Assembly (NCBI RefSeq): GCF_000018105.1
Contig: NC_009925.1
Span: 6,240,001 to 6,272,000 of the forward strand
Direction: 5' to 3'
DNA length: 32,000 nucleotides
Origin: Acaryochloris marina MBIC11017
GTDB lineage: Bacteria; Cyanobacteriota; Cyanobacteriia; Thermosynechococcales; Thermosynechococcaceae
The notes beneath the pieces were generated by a model that was not told where the DNA came from, did not search any database, and was given only the letters and a program-made list of their open reading frames with translations. This document shows positions 1 through 8,311 of this stretch, one piece after another; position 1 is the first letter of the stretch, and every line of letters begins with the position of its first letter. The position numbers were made by a program, and so were the translations under genes.

Positions 1-30
1 GTCTGATTGAGGCATTCATTGTCATTCAAG

Positions 31-72
31 AAAAAACACCGCTCTTGGGGAAGAATGTGGTGTTTTTTCTTT
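31..72 (+). terminator. Candidate intrinsic terminator hairpin, possibly bidirectional
   Basis: AAAAAACACCGCTCTT-GGGG-AAGAATGTGGTGTTTTTT is an imperfect stem around a GGGG loop. A T-run (TTTTTTCTTTT) follows and an A-run precedes. No gene is visible upstream inside the window. Confidence 0.4.
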
Positions 73-410
73 TAAGGCGCAAGCTTCATGAGCCATTTTT
101 CGATTAAGAAAGAAAACAGCCCCTACCTTTGTCGTCATAGGGGCTAGATATTCCTATTTCCTTGATGAAGTAATCAGGTTCGTAATAGCTGATTAGACTG
201 ATTTTGCCCAAAGGGACTCAAGATCTAACATCGAGACTAAAAACTTACACCTAGAATTTAGGAGGGAAGATTGTCCAATATCGGTTTAAGCCGCCGTTAA
301 TCATAAAAACAACATTAATTTTTTTATACTTTTTTAACTAAATATTTATAATTTCTTTGGCATTGAATGTTCTCCTCGTATCCGTTCCTCGATCATCTAG
401 TGGAGACATC

Positions 411-590
411 ATGTTTTCCTCCCGAATTTCGCCTGAAGCAGCCACATCTCTATTCGGTCTTACCCTGACTGACATTCGCCAAGCTATTTACAACGGAGAG
501 CTACCTGCACAATGGAATCATGGCTCTCCCTTGTTGTCTTATACTGATTTGCTGAATTATCAATTTAGAAAAGTGTCCAAGTCTGCTTAA
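411..590 (+). CDS. Small helix-turn-helix DNA-binding protein (excisionase/MerR-like HTH)
   Basis: ATG at 411 is preceded by GGAG at 403-406. The sequence SPEAATSLFGLTLTDIRQAIYNGELPA resembles excisionase-family HTH proteins. The TTG start at 357 in the ORF track is less likely. Confidence 0.5.
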   Translation: MFSSRISPEAATSLFGLTLTDIRQAIYNGELPAQWNHGSPLLSYTDLLNYQFRKVSKSA

Positions 591-833
591 CCCTTCAATA
601 CTTGCTTGGAGATTCTATATTCAACACCCAACAGAACGGTCGGTTATACCCAATGATTACTCAAAACATGCAGGTTAAGACTGTCTCCATCCCCCATGTC
701 ATTGAGCTGTGTTGCATACAGCTATGAGGGGAATTATGGCTATTGAACCATAGACGTAGAGATACCTATCACTCGTTGAATTTCAACTCCGGCCTTTAAT
801 TTCGTTAAACCGAATTAAAGCCCCAAGCCCCAC

Positions 834-1247
834 TCACAGACTACTTGGCTGAACCCCTCGAAGGCCAATCTCTCGGATCCATACCTTAGAGAATTGCCCC
901 AAGCTTTTTCCTGGAGTCATCAGGCTTTCAAAGCCCTCACTGAGTTGGACAATGAATCCCTGCCTCCATCGGTCCCAATCGGTTTGCTTGGGATAGTCAA
1001 TCTCGTCACAGTACTCCGTCCAGCTTTCTTGTTGAAACTCGGAAGCACATAAAGAAGTTCCTTTCTCTTGCACCTGAATGAAATGGTGATCAATCAATTC
1101 TTGGATAAATGGTGGGTGGCCGCTTGAAAGTTCATTATCATCCAGCACTGGGAACTCATAGACAAGCCGAAGTTCTTCCACAGAATGTTTTTTAGCAAGT
1201 CTGAGGAGTTCTAGTTGTGGGAGTGAAAGAGATGGGATATTGGCCAT
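834..1247 (-). CDS. Hypothetical protein (137 aa)
   Basis: Uninterrupted ORF. GGAG lies about 8 nt upstream of the ATG on the minus strand. No family recognised. Confidence 0.5.
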   Translation of the reverse strand: MANIPSLSLPQLELLRLAKKHSVEELRLVYEFPVLDDNELSSGHPPFIQELIDHHFIQVQEKGTSLCASEFQQESWTEYCDEIDYPKQTDWDRWRQGFIVQLSEGFESLMTPGKSLGQFSKVWIREIGLRGVQPSSL

Positions 1248-1318
1248 AGGTTATCTCCATCATCCAGATCATGTATATTGAACCAGCTTTAAATATATAT
1301 CTGTGAATTGATAGATGT

Positions 1319-1583
1319 TTACTCAGAATGCCTCAGCAACTTATCGATACCAGCCTTGATTGCTCGGAGTAAATCACGATCCCCGTTGCGACTGTTCATA
1401 CTGACCGTTAGCTACTGGGTTAGAGAGTCCATACGCTGAAATACTCTATCAGCAAGTCTTTTGGTTTCCTCAAATTGTGTCCTCATCGCCTCAATGGATC
1501 GGGCAGTAGACTGGATGATCTGAGTAATTGGGATATACCAGTACTTCAATACGGTCCAGTTAATTTGAGTCAATGCTGGTCAT
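1319..1583 (-). pseudogene. Decayed paralog of the coiled-coil gene at 7090..7410
   Basis: Nucleotide similarity to 7125-7325 is clear by eye (for example CTGGGTTAGAGAGTCCATACGCTGAAATAC versus CTGGGTTAGGGAATCCATGCGCTGAAATAC). The ATG at 1583 overlaps the upstream stop as ATGA, but that frame stops after 7 codons. The homologous frame carries an in-frame TAG at 1412-1414 where the intact copy has CAA. One repeat unit is missing. Confidence 0.75.
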
Positions 1584-1750
1584 CGCTGTTTCTCATCCCT
1601 GGAAACCAAGGGTTGTAGAGATTTGATATCTGTAATCCAGCGATGCAGCGCACTTTCAGCAAGATCCCTTGTGGTACTCACGACCGTCTGAATGGTCTCT
1701 TTGCCACTGGTGTGAAAGACGATGAAGGAAAACTCACGAAGCTCAGTCAT
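1580..1750 (-). CDS. Small putative ribbon-helix-helix-like protein
   Basis: Internal ATG at 1750 overlaps the stop of the upstream ORF (ATGACTGA). The product MTELREFSFIVFHTSGKETIQTVVSTTRDLAESALHRWI has a beta-strand then helix pattern like the 7407..7637 product. The start at 1789 cannot be excluded. Confidence 0.4.
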   Translation of the reverse strand: MTELREFSFIVFHTSGKETIQTVVSTTRDLAESALHRWITDIKSLQPLVSRDEKQR

Positions 1751-1973
1751 CCCCACCTCGTTTAAGCACCCATAATTCAACTGCCTCACCGATTAGGTCA
1801 AGGACTGTTGGAGACGATTCAATGTTAGTGCGTGGGTCGAGGTCATTACCCTCCTCAATGGCTTCCGAAGAGATGCTCTCCATTCCAGCTTCAATCAATT
1901 CATCAGATAGAAAGCTTGGTAATAAATAGTACAAATGCTCTAACTTTTCTCTTTGTACCTCGAAATCGGACAT
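1743..1973 (-). CDS. Hypothetical small acidic protein (76 aa)
   Basis: ORF with AAGGGG about 10 nt upstream of the ATG. It is the first gene of an overlapping three-gene string. No family recognised. Confidence 0.45.
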   Translation of the reverse strand: MSDFEVQREKLEHLYYLLPSFLSDELIEAGMESISSEAIEEGNDLDPRTNIESSPTVLDLIGEAVELWVLKRGGDD

Positions 1974-2353
1974 TTTTCTATACCCCTTTCTATTTCTCGT
2001 CGGAGGCGGTGGCTAGAATGGCTCCACCCAAAGACCGGATGTTTAAGGATACTGCTTGACTTAATACATAAGCTGTTTGGTCTAGAGATTTAGGCAATAG
2101 CAACAACCCAGATTCAGTTGAGGTGGTGCTTGCTATGTTTTGATGAATGGCATTGGCTGGTTTTGCGATGACATCATCACCAACCTGGCCTAAAAAAAGG
2201 TCGAAGCTGAGATATGGGAAATTTTTGTATTAGATCAACAAAATATCGGGAGCTGAAAGCCTTATAGAATTCTAAATATTTCTAATAATTTTGCTGTGAT
2301 TTCTAAAATGTTTTCATAGGATTATTCTATAAACATTAAAGCCCTATATAAAC

Positions 2354-2662
2354 GTGCATTTTTATATTCTACCAGTACTTATTCCTGGCCTAATCATTGA
2401 TATTTTGCTTACCTTGAGCATAATTAGATCTATTCATACAAATGTTGTTCGATTAAGGTATAGAAGGGCACTTGCTGCATTTGTTTCAGCCCCGTCATAT
2501 CTCATCACTGCTTTTTTTATGGCGATGATTTACTCCACTGATTCACGATTTCAAGGTCAAGGAGTAATAGGCTTGATTTTATTTATCGGAATTGGTATCG
2601 CTTGTACTTTTATTCGTTTACTGCTAGGAGTATTTCTTTTTATGATGTTGCAACGAAGATAG
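2354..2662 (+). CDS. Small integral membrane protein (about 3 TM segments)
   Basis: GTG-start ORF with three long hydrophobic stretches and a basic C-terminus. No family recognised. Confidence 0.4.
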   Translation: MHFYILPVLIPGLIIDILLTLSIIRSIHTNVVRLRYRRALAAFVSAPSYLITAFFMAMIYSTDSRFQGQGVIGLILFIGIGIACTFIRLLLGVFLFMMLQRR

Positions 2663-2790
2663 TAGTTCTTCGCTGAACTGAATATCTTTGAGTATATTTC
2701 AGGATACAAATTATATTAATTATCGATTTTAAATCTCCTCAACCTATCATCAAATTTCATCTCTATCGATATGGGGATATTGAATCATTG

Positions 2791-3597
2791 CTAAGCCGAA
2801 CGAACTTGTCGCGTCATCTTCTTCATAGCGATATTGAGAATTTGCCGAACCCGTTCCCGGCTGATGTCAATTTGCTTGCCAATGGCTCCCATTGACTTGG
2901 GCTGACCATCCGTTAAGCCATACCGCTGATCAACGATGAATCTCTCCCGCTCAGTTAAGTAGGCCATGCACCGGGTTAGAGCATCTTCAATTTCTAACCC
3001 ATCCATGATCGAGAGAGGAGCATCTTCTGTTTGGATTAAATCAATAAGAGCATCTTTCTGTTCAGGACCCACGGGCTGATCGAGAGAAGAAACCGCTTGA
3101 AATGATTGCAGGGTATTCCGAATCAGTGAAGACTTTATGCCAGTCGCTGCTGAGAGTTCTTTGAGGGTGGGAGTACGCCCTTTCTCTTGCGTTAATTGGC
3201 GAACAGCCTTCTTGATCCTGTGGGCGCGTTCCCATTGATGAATAGGGATATAGATCGTGCGGGACTGGGATTTCAGCGCCCGCTTAATCGCCTCTGAAAT
3301 CCACCAATAGGCATAGGTGCTGAACTTACAGCCTTGAGCTAAGTCAAACTTGTCAACAGCAGTATTGAGACCAATGCTGCCCTCTTGGATGAGATCCATC
3401 AGGGGTAAACCGAGATGCTGATGCTTCTTGGCAATGGAGACTACCAGGCGCAGATTACACTCAATCATCCGCTGTTTGGCTTTGAGATCACCAGCTTTAA
3501 CCTGTCGGGCCAGTCTGATTTCTTCTTCATGGGAGAGGAGTGGGTAACGTCCCATCTCCTTCAAATAGGCTTGAACGCTATCGTTCTGAATCGCCAT
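2791..3597 (-). CDS. RNA polymerase sigma-70 family factor (group 2-like, lacks region 1.1)
   Basis: Region 1.2/2: [53 protein letters not shown]. Region 3: IYIPIHQWE. Region 4: [15 protein letters not shown]...ISRERVRQI. Start is taken at the internal Met MAIQNDS (3597). The track ORF extends to 3684. Confidence 0.9.
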   Translation of the reverse strand: MAIQNDSVQAYLKEMGRYPLLSHEEEIRLARQVKAGDLKAKQRMIECNLRLVVSIAKKHQHLGLPLMDLIQEGSIGLNTAVDKFDLAQGCKFSTYAYWWISEAIKRALKSQSRTIYIPIHQWERAHRIKKAVRQLTQEKGRTPTLKELSAATGIKSSLIRNTLQSFQAVSSLDQPVGPEQKDALIDLIQTEDAPLSIMDGLEIEDALTRCMAYLTERERFIVDQRYGLTDGQPKSMGAIGKQIDISRERVRQILNIAMKKMTRQVRSA

Positions 3598-3651
3598 ACT
3601 TAGGGCTTGCTTCGGAAGTCTAAGTTCCAATATTTGCAGTGTATCCAAGTG

Positions 3652-5383
3652 TTGAGGGCCCTTGAGAAGTGCAAGGAAAATCATTCAAAATATTTAAAAC
3701 CCTTGCACCTGCAACCCGATGTATCGCCGTCCATCCCCCGGTCAACTGTCCTTTGAGAACTTCTACTTGCCCTTTGGAGGGAAACTTTCAGGAGAGAATC
3801 GCTGGGTCAAACTAGCCGAGTTGATTCCTTGGGAGAGCTTTGAGTCAGAATATGCAGACCAATTCAGTCAGACCATGGGGGCACCTGCCAAACCCTTTCG
3901 TGTGGCCTTAGGGACCTTAATCATCAAAGAGAAACTGGGTATATCCGACGCAGAGACCGTAGAACAGATTCGAGAGAACCCCTACTTGCAGTACTTTCTG
4001 GGGTTTAGTGAATATCGAGAGAGTGCTCCGTTTGATGCCTCCATGCTGGTTCACTTTCGCCAACGGTTGAATCTAGAGCTGCTAGCTCAAGTCAATGACG
4101 CAGTCGTGGACTCTGTGCTGGCATCCGAGGGGTCTCCTGTGGCGATGTCCCCTGAGTCATCTCCTCCCTCTGACGATGATGAAGATGAGCCTCCTGCCCC
4201 TCCCAACCAGGGCCAATTGTTGATAGATGCGACCTGTGCACCAGCCGATATTCGCTATCCGACAGACTTGGATTTGCTCAATGATGCCCGCAAAGCAAGC
4301 GAAGCCATCCTCGATGCTTTATATGCTCAAGTCATGCTGTCCCTCAAGTGCAAACCTCGCACCTACCGCCAGAAGGCCCGCAAAGCCTATCTGGCCATTG
4401 CCAAAAAACGTCAACCGAGCCGCAAGCTGATTCGTAAAGGGATTCGTCAGCAGTTGGGCTATGTGCGTCGCAATCTAGCCCATATTGATGGGTTGATAAC
4501 ATTGGGGGCTTCCCTATCCCAATTGTCCCGGCGGCAGTACCGTCTGTTGCTGGTGATTCATGAAGTCTTTCGACAGCAAGAATGGATGTATCAACAGTCA
4601 GTACGTCGAGTGGACGACCGGATTGTCAGTATGAGTCAGCCTCATGTCCGACCGATGGTCCGAGGCAAAGCTGGAACACCCGTTGAGTTTGGAGCCAAGC
4701 TATCCCTCAGTTGTGTGCGTGGATGTGTGTTTCTGGAGCGCTTGAGTTGGGATGCGTTCAATGAATCCCAGCATCTTCAACATCAAGTGGAAGCCTTTCG
4801 TCGTCGCTTTGGCCATTATCCTTTCTCAGTCCATGCTGACCAAATCTATCGGACTCGGGCTAATCGACGATGGTGTAAAGCTCGGGGGATTCGCTTGAGT
4901 GGACCGCCGTTAGGAAGACCTCAACAAGACCCACAAGTACAGACCCAACTCAAGCAACAAGCGTGTGAGGATGAAAAGGTGAGGGTCCAGATTGAGGGTA
5001 AGTTTGGGCAGGCCAAGCGACGGTTTGGCTTGAATCGAGTGATGGCGAAGTTAGCGGATACGGCTGCCAGTGCGATTGCTATCACGTTCTTGGTCATGAA
5101 TCTGGAGCGGTGGCTCAGCCACTTTTTATCGTTCATTTTTGGGGTGGGATTGCTGGTTTTGGAAAGCGTTATGGAGCTGTCAGGACTTCCTTGGGGCTTT
5201 GCTAGGGCCAGTCAAAGGATATGGCTCTGGCCGTCACAAATGGGTTGCTTGTACGATTTGATGCATGGAATTTGCTCAATTTACTTTCTCAGCAAACCCT
5301 ACTTAAATTCCCAAACACCGTTGCTAGAGGAATACCCCACCTATCGGAGAAATGGAATAGCTTATTCGTATTTCTTAAAGTAA
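3652..5383 (+). mobile_element. IS5/IS1182-type insertion sequence (boundaries unresolved)
   Basis: Contains a single DDE transposase gene. I could not find convincing terminal inverted repeats. There is a weak candidate pair at about 3652-3685 and 5183-5215 (roughly two thirds identity by eye). Confidence 0.45.
3719..5383 (+). CDS. IS5-family DDE transposase with InsH-N/DUF772-type N-terminus
   Basis: N-terminus: FRVALGTLIIKEKLGISDAETVEQIRENPYLQYFLGF. DDE region: LLIDATCAPADIRYPTDLDLL, VHADQIY, IEGKFGQAKRRFGL. The last ~55 codons may be read-through beyond the IS end. Confidence 0.85.
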   Translation: MYRRPSPGQLSFENFYLPFGGKLSGENRWVKLAELIPWESFESEYADQFSQTMGAPAKPFRVALGTLIIKEKLGISDAETVEQIRENPYLQYFLGFSEYRESAPFDASMLVHFRQRLNLELLAQVNDAVVDSVLASEGSPVAMSPESSPPSDDDEDEPPAPPNQGQLLIDATCAPADIRYPTDLDLLNDARKASEAILDALYAQVMLSLKCKPRTYRQKARKAYLAIAKKRQPSRKLIRKGIRQQLGYVRRNLAHIDGLITLGASLSQLSRRQYRLLLVIHEVFRQQEWMYQQSVRRVDDRIVSMSQPHVRPMVRGKAGTPVEFGAKLSLSCVRGCVFLERLSWDAFNESQHLQHQVEAFRRRFGHYPFSVHADQIYRTRANRRWCKARGIRLSGPPLGRPQQDPQVQTQLKQQACEDEKVRVQIEGKFGQAKRRFGLNRVMAKLADTAASAIAITFLVMNLERWLSHFLSFIFGVGLLVLESVMELSGLPWGFARASQRIWLWPSQMGCLYDLMHGICSIYFLSKPYLNSQTPLLEEYPTYRRNGIAYSYFLK

Positions 5384-5406
5384 AGGGGCGTATTCGGTCC
5401 ATAGAA

Positions 5407-5438
5407 AACGGATGGGTTTTCAAGTGAACCCATCCGTT
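5407..5438 (-). terminator. Rho-independent terminator downstream of the HU gene
   Basis: Perfect 12-bp stem AACGGATGGGTT / AACCCATCCGTT with an 8-nt loop. On the minus strand it is followed by TTTTCTAT. It lies 45 nt downstream of the HU stop. Confidence 0.6.
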
Positions 5439-5482
5439 GAACCACAGTAATGTCATGAAAACAAAGCGTGTTGATTTATCAC

Positions 5483-5758
5483 TTAGTCTCTGACCTTCTC
5501 CTTAAAGTCTTTGCCAGCACTAAACACAGGGGCTTTAGTTGCTGGGATCTTAAGCTGTTTCCCCGTTTGAGGATTCCGCCCATTCCGGGCTTTGCGATCT
5601 CTGGCCTCAAAGCTACCGAAGCCCACGAGAGTGACCTTTTCACCAGAACTCACACTATCGATAATTGTCTCCGTTAATGCTGAGAGTATGGTATCGGCCT
5701 GTTTCTTAGTCGTTCCAGACTTCTCAACAATAGAATCCACTAAATCAGCTTTATTCAT
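5483..5758 (-). CDS. hup: HU family DNA-binding protein
   Basis: MNKADLVDSIVEK...GEKVTLVGFGSFEARDRKARNGRNPQTGKQLKIPATKAPVFSAGKDFKEKV is a full-length match to the HU/IHF fold signature. Confidence 0.95.
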   Translation of the reverse strand: MNKADLVDSIVEKSGTTKKQADTILSALTETIIDSVSSGEKVTLVGFGSFEARDRKARNGRNPQTGKQLKIPATKAPVFSAGKDFKEKVRD

Positions 5759-5961
5759 AGTTACACCTTAAAGAGTGGGTCAGACTTGAATCTTAGGCAG
5801 TTAATGTGGTGTTCTCTTGAGGATTTAAAGCTCATATTAGTGAGTAAGGATATAGCGTAAAACAATCAAAATTCAAGATATACACCAATCTTTACCCTAA
5901 AATCTGACTAGAATCTATATTTACGATTCATAGAAAAATCTTTCTATGAATAACTAACGAT

Positions 5962-6342
5962 CTAAATGACCTTATTCAAATGGATATGCTTCCGCCCCAA
6001 AGAGATTTCAAATTCATCTCCTGGTTGTAGTTCCATCTGCTTGGAGTAGGCAGAACCAATCAGCAATTGACCATTTTTTTGCACACTAATTCGATAACTA
6101 GGACTCCGCCCACTTTGCTTTTGATGGGGGATCACTTTTGCATCTAAGTCCATGCCCTCAGCTTCTAGGAGTGCATTCATTAAAGCCATGATGTTGGCGC
6201 GCTCAGTTCCATTATGAGAAACCTTGTAGTACCCGCAGGCTTTCGCTTTCTCTTCACGGGTCGCCTGTCCGAGTTGTGCGACTTTGGTTATCAAGGCAGC
6301 CCCCTTTAATGGTTTAGGGGTTGATTTCTTCTTTCTGGGCAT
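5962..6342 (-). CDS. Cyanobacterial AbrB-family (cyAbrB/CalA-like) transcriptional regulator
   Basis: N-terminus MPRKKKSTPKPLKGAALITKVAQLG...ACGYY and C-terminal AbrB/SpoVT domain NGQLLIGSAYSKQMELQPGDEFEISLGRKHIHL closely follow the cyAbrB pattern. Start is taken at the internal Met (6342) rather than 6423. Confidence 0.85.
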   Translation of the reverse strand: MPRKKKSTPKPLKGAALITKVAQLGQATREEKAKACGYYKVSHNGTERANIMALMNALLEAEGMDLDAKVIPHQKQSGRSPSYRISVQKNGQLLIGSAYSKQMELQPGDEFEISLGRKHIHLNKVI

Positions 6343-6626
6343 TGAGTTTAATGTGGGTTGATATGTAATACAAGATACAAAATAACAAAATATCTTGAAA
6401 GTTGTTATAGATTTTTGTGCCATTTATAAACTTCTTGAGAATTCATAATGCTTGTTTATCAACAATTAGAGTATCAGCACATATAAGTTCATATATCTGC
6501 TAGTTAAATCTGCTAATTACTCAGGTATTCTTATTCTTTCTGACATTGATTAATAGACATTGTTTTTGATAAGAACTCTTTGCTATCCTATCGCCATTCA
6601 ATATATCAATTGGAAGGGTGAGGGTC

Positions 6627-6890
6627 ATGAAGGATATCAATAGAAATCCTCTACAAAGAGATAAATTTACTGAGAAAAATAGGCTGCGTAATCATCTGCT
6701 GATCTGCCTGAAATATCACCATCATGAGCTTCTTGAGGAAGTGCCTTTAGAAACTGCGATAAACGCTATGCTCCAGGCTTGGAAAGACTGTCAATCTGAT
6801 ATGAATCATTACCCATTCAGTGGAATCCCTACTGAGGTTAACCCTAAGGTGAATACACCCGAATCAGTTGCGCGGCATGTCCATTGCTAA
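6627..6890 (+). CDS. Hypothetical protein
   Basis: ORF only. ATG at 6627 lies downstream of the purine-rich GGAAGGGTGAGGG. No family recognised. Confidence 0.3.
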   Translation: MKDINRNPLQRDKFTEKNRLRNHLLICLKYHHHELLEEVPLETAINAMLQAWKDCQSDMNHYPFSGIPTEVNPKVNTPESVARHVHC

Positions 6891-7089
6891 AGGGTATTCC
6901 TGGTTGAGTGTAACGCCATAACATCTCCCACCTGGAGCTGCTGAGAGAGTGAGCCTAGGTCAAAATCGATGTCTATTGAAAGTACCTGGCTGGAGCATGA
7001 CGGCCAAAGACTACCCTTCAGACATCTCACCCAAATCCCAGCAGGTGTATCCTTGATTTCTACTTTTGTAGATTTCCCCTAAGTCTGAC

Positions 7090-7410
7090 TCACTGATCAG
7101 ACCGTCTCAGTAGTCTATCTATGCCCGCCTTGATGGTACGCAGTAAATCGCGGTCCTCATTTCGGCTACTGACTATTGCTGATAGTTGCTGGGTTAGGGA
7201 ATCCATGCGCTGAAATACCTTGTCAGCCAATTTTTTAGTTTCCTCGAAATGTGTCCCCATGGCTTCGATGGAACGGGCATTAGATTGGATGATCTGAGCA
7301 TTAGACTGCACAATTCCTTCAATACGAGATAGACGTTCATTGGAATCAATAATTGAACGTTCTAGTAATGCCTCAATGCGATCTAGCCTATCTGGGCCAT
7401 CAGTAGTCAT
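7090..7410 (-). CDS. Coiled-coil protein with repeats (IVQSNAQIIQSNARSIEAM)
   Basis: Heptad-like repeats run throughout. The start overlaps the upstream stop as ATGA (7407-7410). A decayed paralog lies at 1319-1583. Confidence 0.65.
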   Translation of the reverse strand: MTTDGPDRLDRIEALLERSIIDSNERLSRIEGIVQSNAQIIQSNARSIEAMGTHFEETKKLADKVFQRMDSLTQQLSAIVSSRNEDRDLLRTIKAGIDRLLRRSDQ

Positions 7411-7637
7411 GATTTATCCTCTAGATTTCCCATTAATTCACGCCTTGCAGCTTCAGTAACAACCCGCCGAAGCCATGCAGACCGATCTGGTAAAGCACGA
7501 ACAACCTTATCTACACTCTTCGTCAGACGAAACTGGATATTTCGGTCTGCCAGCTCTTCAATCGTTTCATCAGATCGCTTAAAACGGCTAGACACAAACT
7601 TAGGTGGCATGACCGGATCTGGGTTGCCTTTAGGCAT
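7407..7637 (-). CDS. Small putative ribbon-helix-helix-like DNA-binding protein
   Basis: NIQFRLTKSVDKVVRALPDRSAWLRRVVTEAARREL gives a strand-helix-helix pattern. It is translationally coupled to 7090..7410 and lies next to a repeat-containing divergent intergenic region. Confidence 0.55.
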   Translation of the reverse strand: MPKGNPDPVMPPKFVSSRFKRSDETIEELADRNIQFRLTKSVDKVVRALPDRSAWLRRVVTEAARRELMGNLEDKS

Positions 7638-7693
7638 AACTTAGGGAGCAATACTTCATCTAAAGCTTAATCGACAAATAACCCTGTAGTACA

Positions 7694-7784
7694 GGCATAA
7701 GTAATAGTTATTGGCCTAGCCACAACGGCATAAATAATATCATAGCAAAACCATTGTATTATGCCTGTGTTAAAGGCATAATAA
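7694..7784. promoter_or_regulatory. Four copies of a GGCATAA(N)TAA motif (candidate operator or iteron set)
   Basis: GGCATAAGTAAT at 7694, GGCATAAATAAT at 7727, GGCATAATAC on the minus strand at 7765-7756, and GGCATAATAAGG at 7775. All lie in the divergent region between 7407..7637 (-) and 7864..8241 (+). Confidence 0.4.
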
Positions 7785-7798
7785 GGTCAGATAAAACA

Positions 7799-7835
7799 AA
7801 GGCATCCGGTCCCGTGGAAAGTTCTCGGATGCCTT
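7799..7835. repeat. Perfect 10-bp inverted repeat AAGGCATCCG / CGGATGCCTT with a 17-nt spacer
   Basis: Read directly from the sequence. It sits 29 nt upstream of the ATG at 7864 and shares the GGCAT core with the repeats above. Confidence 0.6.
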
Positions 7836-7863
7836 AGTCAATACCCAATCACAGGAATCAACT

Positions 7864-8241
7864 ATGCCTACTCTACTCGAAACACCGATTCTTCGCTTTG
7901 GTGTTGAGCGTCAAACCCAGCCTGATATGTGGCTGGTTCAGACTGAAGCTGATGGGATAGCCTTCATTAACGAGCACACCGAAGATCCGCTTTGCCCTCC
8001 CTATACGTTGGCTTGCATTCAGACAAAGGACTGCGGCCCCTTCGATGCTGATATCGATTTTGATGAATATTGGGTGCTGATGGTGACCCGCAAGCCAACC
8101 GCTGACGAGCGCACGACCCAGACCCGGATCGAGAACTGGGTTCTTAATCACCTTGAGCTTAAGGGTGTTCTCAGTGACTGGTTCACCGTGCCCGCCGATC
8201 AGACGGTTCGAGCTGAGAACGATTACGAGGACGAATTTTAA
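7864..8241 (+). CDS. Hypothetical acidic protein (125 aa)
   Basis: AGGA lies about 9 nt upstream of the ATG. The ORF has an acidic C-terminus (ENDYEDEF) and lies immediately upstream of the ArdC-like gene. No family recognised. Confidence 0.55.
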   Translation: MPTLLETPILRFGVERQTQPDMWLVQTEADGIAFINEHTEDPLCPPYTLACIQTKDCGPFDADIDFDEYWVLMVTRKPTADERTTQTRIENWVLNHLELKGVLSDWFTVPADQTVRAENDYEDEF

Positions 8242-8311
8242 AATCGTCCTGGGGCACCTTTGCCCCTCCTACTCCACACATACCCGCTCGCTACAAAAGG
8301 GGATTAATATT

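Noticed and set aside
106-145. Hairpin AGCCCCT/AGGGGCT with an A-rich 5' flank (would be a minus-strand terminator)
   Set aside because: No minus-strand gene ends nearby; the nearest ends at 834 with a plus-strand gene in between.
791-823. Imperfect hairpin downstream of the 834..1247 gene
   Set aside because: The stem is bulged and has no T-tract on the relevant strand.
1832-2059. Plus-strand 75-aa ORF
   Set aside because: It is antisense to 1743..1973, has no SD, and has unconvincing composition.
3598-3684. Upstream extension of the sigma factor ORF
   Set aside because: The extra 29 residues have no sigma-factor counterpart. Region 1.2 begins right after the internal Met at 3597.
3652-5215. 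Possible IS5-type terminal inverted repeats (about 3652-3685 versus 5183-5215)
   Set aside because: Identity is only about two thirds with an indel by eye, and no matching target duplication is present. This could be chance, so it is kept only as a tentative boundary.
4227-5677. Short ORFs overlapping the IS transposase and HU gene (4227..4430, 4921..5136, 5221..5427, 5468..5677)
   Set aside because: They are shadow ORFs within or antisense to confidently called genes.
5927-5950. Perfect 10-bp AT-rich hairpin TTCATAGAAA/TTTCTATGAA just downstream of the cyAbrB gene
   Set aside because: The stem is almost all A/T and no clear U-tract follows on the minus strand. This is too weak to call a terminator.
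8153-8311. Upstream extension of the ArdC-like ORF
   Set aside because: It overlaps the end of 7864..8241. The extension is not protein-like, and the ATG at 8312 has an SD and begins the recognisable domain.
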